DNA of 45,731 nt, the filler included, from Catajapyx aquilonaris (Eukaryota): assembly GCA_000934665.2 (NCBI GenBank). It is 2 parts of 2 records of this genome, joined end to end, with 100 filler letters (N's around TTAATTAATTAA, not from the genome) between each part and the next. Parts side by side here need not be neighbours in the genome. Positions count along the whole stretch, not along the records: positions 22,898 to 45,731 come from JYFJ02005808.1; 1 more part is not named here. One strand, given 5' to 3'. Below the pieces are notes generated by a model, which saw nothing but the letters and a program-made list of their open reading frames with translations, did not search any database and was not told the origin of the DNA. Below are positions 37,785 through 45,731 of this stretch, one piece after another; position 1 is the stretch's first letter; each line of letters starts with the position of its first letter. Both the position numbers and the translations under genes were made by a program.

Positions 37785-39114
37785 TCAGGATGGTAATTCA
37801 TTTCTTGAAGATCTTTGCGGTATTTTATCACTCCGCAAGAATGTTGATTGCAATTTGCTTAACCCCTCATGTAGCAGGACTAGTGTGTCTCTGTAGAGTA
37901 GAATAAATGCATCCCGGTAGCTCGGGATCCTGAAATAACGATAAAATCATCTTATGTGACGACAAAGCATTGTTGGAGTAGCTTAATTATTACCTGTATA
38001 CGTAAAGAAAAACGTTGATGACGTAGTAAAAAGGCAAGATGAAGGTATAATACACGTAAGATTTGCTAGAAATGCTTCCTTTGAACGCCGCGAATATGAT
38101 GATTACTGGTGTTGTTGTGCTGACGAAAGCAGCTCCCAGAAGAGTCAGGAGGACGGTCATTCTCTTCTCTCGTTCCTTCAGGTGCTGTAGCGTGGCCTTG
38201 CCAATGTCTCTGGAAACATCGGTACATGCGAATCCTCACTAACCACATCAAACTTCCATGACTCACTTGTACTGCTTCAGTTGAGACCAGTTCTGGCGCA
38301 GTTTGATCCAGACCAGAAGGAGGCAGACCAGGACAGTGATATAGGGAAGACCTGCAGCTATTCCGTATGCAACGTCCATAACTTGCTGATTCCCTTCGAT
38401 AATCATTGTGCACATTCCTCTCCTTCTGCTATAGCCAGATCCATAGTGACACTGTGTCAGGACAAAATAATTATATCGGCTAGTCATCAGCAATATCAGC
38501 TAATTCTCACCGCTCCAAATGTTGGCACCACTGCTGCCAACACCCACACAATCACCGCTGCAGGAACACCACTGTACGACTTAAAGAGGACGCGGTTACC
38601 TGCAGGCCACCAGTGCTGTAACGCCCTTTGTAAACGGAAACGAGACTATTCATATTGTGGCATCTACAGTGCAATAGCAATAATACCTGCTCATTGTAGC
38701 TGCTGCCAGGGAATTGGAAGAGGCCAAGTATGAGTAGAGGGAGATGAAGCTTGTAATGTGGCAATATCCAGTACCCAAGATATTCTTCCGGCTGAGAAAC
38801 GTCACTCCCAAACCGGTGAGGTTGATGAAACAGTACAGTCCATCAGCCAGACTCAGGCTGAGAAGAAGGACCGTGGTTGGACTCTTGAGGGGACTTCGAG
38901 GATCAGTGATCTTCCACCTGGCGTAGGGCAAGGCCACCAGCACCATCAGGTTGCCGAATCCTCCAACCACACTCAGGAGGATCCAGTATGTCCCTGCTAT
39001 CACTGTGAAGTATTCAGGATAGTCCGGGAAGCAGCAGGAAGGAGCACCCTCTTGGGTCAAGCACACTAGAGATGTCTCCTGGTCGTCTCTTGTGCAGAAG
39101 GAAGACACGTTCAT
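37785..39114 (-). CDS. Tre1-like GPCR copy G7; exons 38687-39114, 38511-38625, 38267-38451, 37994-38209, 37785-37929 (362 aa from the second Met)
   Basis: Open in all exons; ancestral ATG is ATA at 39153 (in-frame ATGs at 39114 and 39240); ECL1 Trp replaced (RKNILG). Confidence 0.8.
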
Positions 39115-39728
39115 GCTGAGTGTGGAGGTGTTGACCTGCACATATCCTCTTATTGCTACAGAGACACTGGGTGGAATGGCTGGGAGCAGCTTGTTATGGC
39201 ATCCACCTGTGGGGATTTTTCCTGAGTAATGAATAAACATTTCTGTGAAAATGGATGCGATTATTAATTACCAAAGTATCGATGCGATATTTTGTGCGTA
39301 GGCTACTGTCAAACAGAAAACAATGAGACAATCCCCATTGTGTTGCATGATTAGTGTACTAAAATTTGTCCCAAGGTTAATAATTAAGCCATTCGTAAAG
39401 AGTTAGAAGCCAGAGCTAGTCATTGCTGACCCATTCAAGTTCAGCAAAAAGATAAAGTAGGCTACATGGTTGATTCTCACTGTCTCTTCTTTTCCTCTTT
39501 ATTCCATGATAAGCCCAATTTATTGTCCATCGTCCAAACTCACATTCTCACTAATGTTGTCTATTGTCTCACATCAAGGAGCTGAAGTAGAACAAAATAT
39601 TCAGGCTGAAGCATAATACCCTTTATTATTTAATAACAAACATTATTTACAATTACAATTACAATGACGTACATTAGTTCACAATACGTACAGGCACTTC
39701 ACCACAACCAACACTTCAGGATGGCAAT

Positions 39729-41111
39729 TCAATTACTTGAAGATCTCGGTTGTATTTTATTACTCAGCCGGAATGTTGATTGGAATTTGCTTAACCTCCC
39801 ATGTATCAGGTCTCGTGTGTCTCTGTAGAATAAAATAAATGCATCCCGGTAGCTCGGGATCCTGTAATAATGATAGAAACATCTGTAACGACAGACTGAA
39901 TCACTAATCACTGTTGGAGTAACGTAATTAATAATTACCTGTAGACATAAAGAAATACGTTGATTAGAAAGTGGTAATGCAAGAAGAGCGTATAATACAC
40001 GTAAGGTTTGGTAAGAACGCTTCCTTTGAATGCCAGGTAGATGATGACTACTGGTGCTGCTGTGCTGGAATAAGCCAGTGCCAGAAGAGTCAGAAGGATG
40101 GTCATTTTCCTTTCTCTTTCCTTCAGGTCCTGCAGTGTGCCCTTGGCAATATATCTGGAAACATCGGTACATGAGATTCATCCTTCACCTTACCATAGTC
40201 ACACGATTTACTTGAACTCCTTCAGTTGAGACCAGTTCTGTCGCAGTTTGATCCAGATCAGAAGGAGGCAGAACAGGACAATGACCCAGGGTAAACTTGT
40301 AGCTATCCCGAACAAAAAGTACATAACTCGCTGCTCCCCTTCGATAGTCAGTGTGCAGGTTCCTTTCCTTCTGCTGTAGCCAGAGCCATAGCGAATCTGT
40401 ATCGAGAGAAAAATATCGGATCGGAATCATGACAATGAGTGCTTCTGGAAATCACCGCGAATTCTCACCTCCCCAAATGTTGGCACCACTGCTGCTAACA
40501 TCCACGCAAACACCGCTGCAGGGACACCACTGTACGACTTAAAGAGGACGTCGTTGCATGCAGGCCACCATAGTTGTAACGCCCTTTGCAAATGGAAACG
40601 AGACTATTCATATTGTGGCATCTACAGTGCAATAGCAATAATACCTGCTCATTGTAGCTGCTGCCAGGGAATTGGAAGAGGCCAAGTATAAGTGTAGGAA
40701 AAAGTAGCCGGTAACGTGGCAATATATGGTACCAAAGACCCATTTCTGTAGGAGGTAAGTCACTCCCAAACCGGACATGTTGATGAAGCAGAAGAGACAA
40801 TCAGCCAGACTCACGCTGATGAGAAGGACTGTAGTTGGGCTCTTCAGAGGACTTCGAGGGTCTGTGGTCTTCAATCTGCCATAGGGTATGGCCACAAGAG
40901 CCATCAGGTTGCCAAATCCTCCTACCACAGTCAGAAGGAAACAGTACGTTGCTGCGATGATGTTGAAGTAATGAGGAAATTCCGGGAAGCAGCACGATGG
41001 AGCATCCTCTTGGGTCAGACACACTCGAGATGTCTCCTGGTCGTCTCTTGTGCAGAAAGAAGACATGTTGAACTCGGCGATAGAAGTGTTGACCACCTCT
41101 GAACCAGCCAT
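39729..41111 (-). CDS. Tre1-like GPCR copy G8; exons 40645-41111, 40469-40583, 40212-40396, 39939-40154, 39729-39861 (371 aa)
   Basis: Open through all five exons, canonical splice sites. Confidence 0.87.
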
Positions 41112-42422
41112 TGTCGTCTGATTACGATGAAGTAAAGGCTAGATGTGACTTGATGCGGAGGAATGTGAATAGTAATAATATCAGACAGACACTGCCCGTT
41201 AAGTATATCAGAAAACAATGGGACAAGCCCCATCACACTCTGACATGAACCAAACAGACTTCCGACAAATGCGAAGGTTATCAAGTCATGCGATGAAACA
41301 ATAACTTTAAACATGAATATTTTCACTCTTCTACAAGTAAACAGGATAAACACTGCAAAAAAAATCTCCTTTCCCACCAATATCGCCGTCCTAGTCGACA
41401 GTGAGAAAAACGGGACAACAACGCATGGCTGATCCAAAAAATTAAAGGAATGTAATTAAAAAATTGAAGTTTTATTGGCACTTCCCTGTGTAGTGTAGCG
41501 CGACTGACAGTATTTCCCGTCAATTGTCACTCTAAATAATTATTAAGCTCACGCGATGACTTATTGTGTCATTGTATGCGAGTCCTGATGACACGTGATT
41601 ACATGTTTACAAGTTGGAAAAACAATGGAAAAGGTCACGATACGCATTTTAAAATATGCAATAAAAATAGCACAAATAGCAGCGACACCAATTGTAAAAA
41701 ATAAGTCTTCATTGGTTCTGCTGTAGCCACATTACTGGAACTAATGGTGTCTGGATAACAAAATCCCACCAAAAACATTTCTGTAAAAAAGGCCAAGTTC
41801 TCCTGACTGCTTGGCCGTCAAAAGTGGTGAGATCTGAAATACGGCCAACTCGGGTGGTATTTCCGATAAGACTAAACCACCCGGGGGAGTTCACAAACCG
41901 ACATTACCAACGACATTGCTCTGCCAACAGTTTGAAAAGTGTCATATGTCGTAATGTGACAGTAACATACTGTATGTCAGTGTACGATCACATGATGTAA
42001 TATCAGATTAATGCCAACTCTTGTACATTAGACCAGTCAGTAGTAAGCTGTTTGTTACAGCAATCATTTGGACACCTTTGACAATAATAATCAGACTCTT
42101 TCTGTCAACCGCAGGGAGTCGCAACGGGAACGGCTGATGGGCACTTTTGTCACACGCGACACCAGATGAGTCCATCTCTGTTCAACAAAGCACTTCCTGT
42201 ACGCTGTAGCTCCTTATCATGTAGGAAGGACTTCAATCATTCCGGTCTTCTTGACAATGTTTAAGTTATGAAATGAAGCCGCTGAGCCCTGTAGATGCAA
42301 AATGAAGACGTTGATGATAATGTAGTGTAGGGTAGATAATCAAGGAGCTGAAGTTGACCAACGTACATTACTTCACAATACCTGCCGGTCCTGCACCACA
42401 ACCACCTCTTCAGGATGCCAAT

Positions 42423-43845
42423 TCAATTACTTGAAGATCTCGGTTGTATTTTATTATTCCGCCGGAATGTTGATTGGACATTGCTTAACTTTTCATGTAG
42501 CAGGTCGAGTATGTCTCTGTAGAGTAGAATAAATGCATTCCGGTAGCTCGGGATCCTGAAATAATGACAGGAGTATTTTCAGCTACCACAGACAGAACGA
42601 CACAACATTGTTGGAGCAACGTAATGAATAATTACCTGTACACATAAAGAAATACGTTGATGACAAAGTTGTAATGCAAGAAGAAGGTATAATACACGTA
42701 AGGTTTGGCAAAAACGCTTCCTTTGAATACGCAGTTTATGATGACTACTGGTGCTGCTGTGCCGGAATAAGCCAGTCTCAGAAGAGTCAGAAGGACGGTC
42801 ATTCTCTTCTCTCTTTCCTTCAGGTCATACAGTGTGACCTTGCCGATGTCTCTGGAAAGAACGGTATATAAGAGTGGTCCTTCACCTCACCATAGTCCCA
42901 TGACTCACTTGAACTGCTTCAGTTGAGACCAGTTTTGGCGCAGTTTGATCCAGATCAGAAGGAGGCAGACCAGGACAGTGAACCATGGAAGACTCGCTGC
43001 TATTCCGAATAGAACATACTGGTAGTACGTAGCTAGTTGATTCCCTTCGATAATCATCGTACAGATTCCTTTCCTTCTGCTGTAGCCATCAGAGCCATAG
43101 CGAAACTGTGTCGAGAAAGATATTAGACTATCACCAGCATTATGTAGTCACTTCGACACTTGTTGGCAGTTAATGCTTCTAGGAAACACTGCGAATTCTC
43201 ACCTTCCCAAATGTTGGCACCACTGCTGCCAGCATCCACACAAACACTGCTGCCGGAACACCACTGCATGACTCAAAGAGGACGTTGTTGCATGCAGGCC
43301 ACCATTGTTGTAACGCCCTTTGCAGACGGAAACGAGCATATTCAATTTGTTACTTCTACACTGTAACAGCAATAATACCTGCTGAGTGTAGCTGCTGCCA
43401 GGGAATTGGAAGAAGCCAACAATAAATATATGAAAAGGAAGCCCGAAATGTGGCAATATCTGGTACCAAGGACCCACTTCCGGAAGAGGAAAGTCACTCC
43501 CAATCCGGACAAGTTGATGAAACAGAGCAGTCCATCCGCCAGACTCAGGCTGAGAAGAAGGACCGTGGTTGGACTCTTGAGGGGACTTCGAGGGTCCTTT
43601 GTCTTCCACCTGGCGTAGGGCAATGCGACCAGAGCCATCAGGTTCCCAAATCCTCCAACCACACTCAGAAGAAGCCAGTATGTCCCCACTATCACTGTGA
43701 AGTATTGAGGATGGTCCGGGAAGCAGCAGGAAGGAGCATCCTCTTGGGTCAGACACACCAGAGATGTCTCCTGGTCGTCTCTTGTGCAGAAGGAAGACAT
43801 ATTCAGGTCGATGAATGATGAGTTGACCCGCACTGATCCTACCAT
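42423..43845 (-). CDS. Tre1-like GPCR copy G9; exons 43379-43845, 43203-43317, 42909-43105, 42636-42851, 42423-42555 (375 aa)
   Basis: Open through all five exons; exon 3 is 12 nt longer (in-frame ECL2 insertions). Confidence 0.87.
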
Positions 43846-44109
43846 GGCAAGCGATTAGACGGAATGGCCATAGAAAGGCCTGTTACGCGATGAACATCCT
43901 GTGATTATTCCTAAGGACCTAAGTATCGATGGGGTAATTGCATGTACTGTCAAACAGAAAACAATAGAAAAACCCCCGACCGTGTCTCGCGATTGTCGCA
44001 CGAAGAAAATTACCAGGGTCGGATGAGAGTCGTAAATAGCAAGATATCATAGCATATACGATATTGCTGACCGACTCAAAAATAGCAAATATTAAAGTTG
44101 CGGGGGGCT

Positions 44110-44255
44110 GGGTTGATGAAACAGCAGAGACTGTCCGCCAGAATCACATTAAGCAAGAGTACTGTGGTTGGGCTCTTCAGGGGACTTCGAGGGTCCGAGG
44201 TCCTCCACCTGGAACAGGGAATGGCCACCAGCACGACCTGCGCTGAACCTCTCAT
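44110..44255 (-). pseudogene. Deleted GPCR exon-1 fragment, G3-like
   Basis: MRGSAQV fused directly to VLVAIPCSRWRTSDPRSPLKSPTTVLLLNVILADSLCCFIN, then homology stops; retains its own upstream module at ~44398. Confidence 0.8.
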
Positions 44256-44547
44256 TGCTGGAGAGAGACTGGATGAAATGGCTATAGGAGCAGCTTGTTA
44301 TGGGATGAACATGCTGGATAAATATCGAGTAATGAATTGCTGTAACAATTGATTCGAATATTATTTACCGAAGTAGTGATGGAATATTTGTATGCACTGT
44401 CACGTAGAAAACAATGGGACAACCCCCTATGACCTTCCCGTTATTATTTATTGAATCACATACTAACCCAGGAACTGGCACATTCCAAAGTACCATTTCG
44501 CTGCACATTATGTTGTAAGTGTATGGAGACTTTGAATCACTTGAAGT

Positions 44548-45465
44548 TCACGGTACTATTTCATCATTCCCCTGGAATGTTGCTTTGATTTTCTGCAGAT
44601 TCGCATGAAACAGGTCACACATGTCTCTGTAGAGTAGAATAATTGCATCCCGGTAGCTTGGGATCCTGCAAAATGACAGGGGTACTTTTTGTAACGACAG
44701 ACAGAATCACAAAATATTGTTGAATTAGCTTACCTGTAGACGTAAAGAAATACGTTGATGACATAGTAGTACTGGGTCCAGAAAGTGAAATATACGTATG
44801 GTTTGGCAAACGTGTTTACTTTGAATGCAAGGTTGAGGATGACTGGGGGTGCTGCTGAGCTGGAATAAGCCAGTCCCAGAAGAGTCAGAAGGACGGTCAT
44901 TCTCTTCTCTCTTTCCTTCAGGTCATGCAGTGTGGACTGGCCAATGTCCCTGGAAACATCGGTACATGAGATTCATCTTCGCATCACGATAGTTCCATCT
45001 TCCATGACTCACTTGAATTGCTTCAGTTGAGACCAGTTCTGGCGCAGCTTGATCCAGATCAGAAGGAGGCAGACCAGGACAGTTACCAATGGCACAATTC
45101 TGTATAATCCGTACAGAACGTATGGTTCTGCCTGCTTCCCTTCGACAATGATCGAGCACATCCCTTTGGTCCTGCTGTAGCCATAGCCATACTGAAACTG
45201 TTTGTGTATTGATAATACGTATCGGCTATATCCATGTGATTTTTTACGAGTTTTTCGTGGGATGTAGTGGGTCTGACAGTGAGTGAGGATTATTATTGGT
45301 CTGGCTATCCCCTCGGTTTTAACCTCAGTAGGTTTCGATTATTTACTCACCGTCGCATATATTGGCACCACACCTGATACCATCCACACGAACACAGTTG
45401 CAGGAACACCACTGCAAGACTTAAAGAGAACGTCGTTACCTGCGGGCCACCATTGTTGTAACGCC
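44548..45465 (-). CDS. Tre1-like GPCR copy G10, 5'-partial (exon 1 outside the window); exons 45351-45465, 45013-45197, 44734-44949, 44548-44665
   Basis: Exons 2-5 open with canonical sites; closest to G1 (WMVSGVVPIY, YGLYRIVPLV). Confidence 0.8.
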
Positions 45466-45509
45466 CTTTGTAGACGGAAACGATCATTTTTACACGACCC
45501 CCAACATAA

Positions 45510-45675
45510 AGACAACGCACTTTCACTCTTGCCCCCTCCTCACAAATCCCTATCCTGACATCTGAACCGGAGAGAAAAATGCGAAAGAAAAATTCGTAAG
45601 AAAAGATGGTGGATACCGCCCCTCTAAGAGAGCCAATGGCTCTAGCACGGGGTAGCAAATATATATATATATATA
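45510..45675 (+). mobile_element. SINE 3' fragment (family 1-type tail) in G10 intron 1
   Basis: AAATCCCTATCCTGACATC..GATGGTGG..CTAGCACGGGGTA followed by (AT)n. Confidence 0.6.
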
Positions 45676-45731
45676 CTCGCTTTGCGAGGCGGGGGGGCTC
45701 CGCCCCCCCACACCCCCCCTTGGGGCTGCGC

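Noticed and set aside
41711..41741. Short match to the start of GPCR exon 3 (GYSRT)
   Set aside because: Only ~30 bp with a stop codon; too short to call as an additional copy
27630..44352. Recurrent plus-strand and alternative-frame ORFs over the GPCR exons
   Set aside because: Shadow ORFs that recur only because the underlying genes are paralogous; starts and stops are not conserved

Overview
Intron-rich animal genomic DNA, most likely arthropod (inferred from short GT-AG introns, (TAA)n microsatellites, tRNA-derived SINEs and Tre1-like GPCRs). An artificial 100-bp N/TTAATTAATTAA linker at 22798-22897 splits the window, so the two halves may not be physically adjacent. The left half is dense in transposable elements: SINEs, palindromic MITEs, a hAT derivative and LINE remnants. 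It also holds three divergent genes: a 2-exon F-box/LRR gene, a CLASP paralog lacking TOG1/TOG2, and a truncated NSD-like SET/post-SET exon missing the catalytic Tyr. The right half (24.1-45.7 kb) is a head-to-tail minus-strand array of at least 10 five-exon class A GPCR genes of the Tre1/moody/GPR84-like group. These comprise 8 apparently intact genes, 1 pseudogene, 1 copy running off the window, and extra fragments. The copies share a Cys-rich N-terminus, near-invariant cytoplasmic loops, non-canonical SRA/NVFLY motifs and a conserved upstream module, but vary strongly in pocket-lining helices. This pattern resembles a rapidly diversifying receptor repertoire. All gene models were spliced by hand and checked for frame; family assignments are from motif recognition, not database searches.
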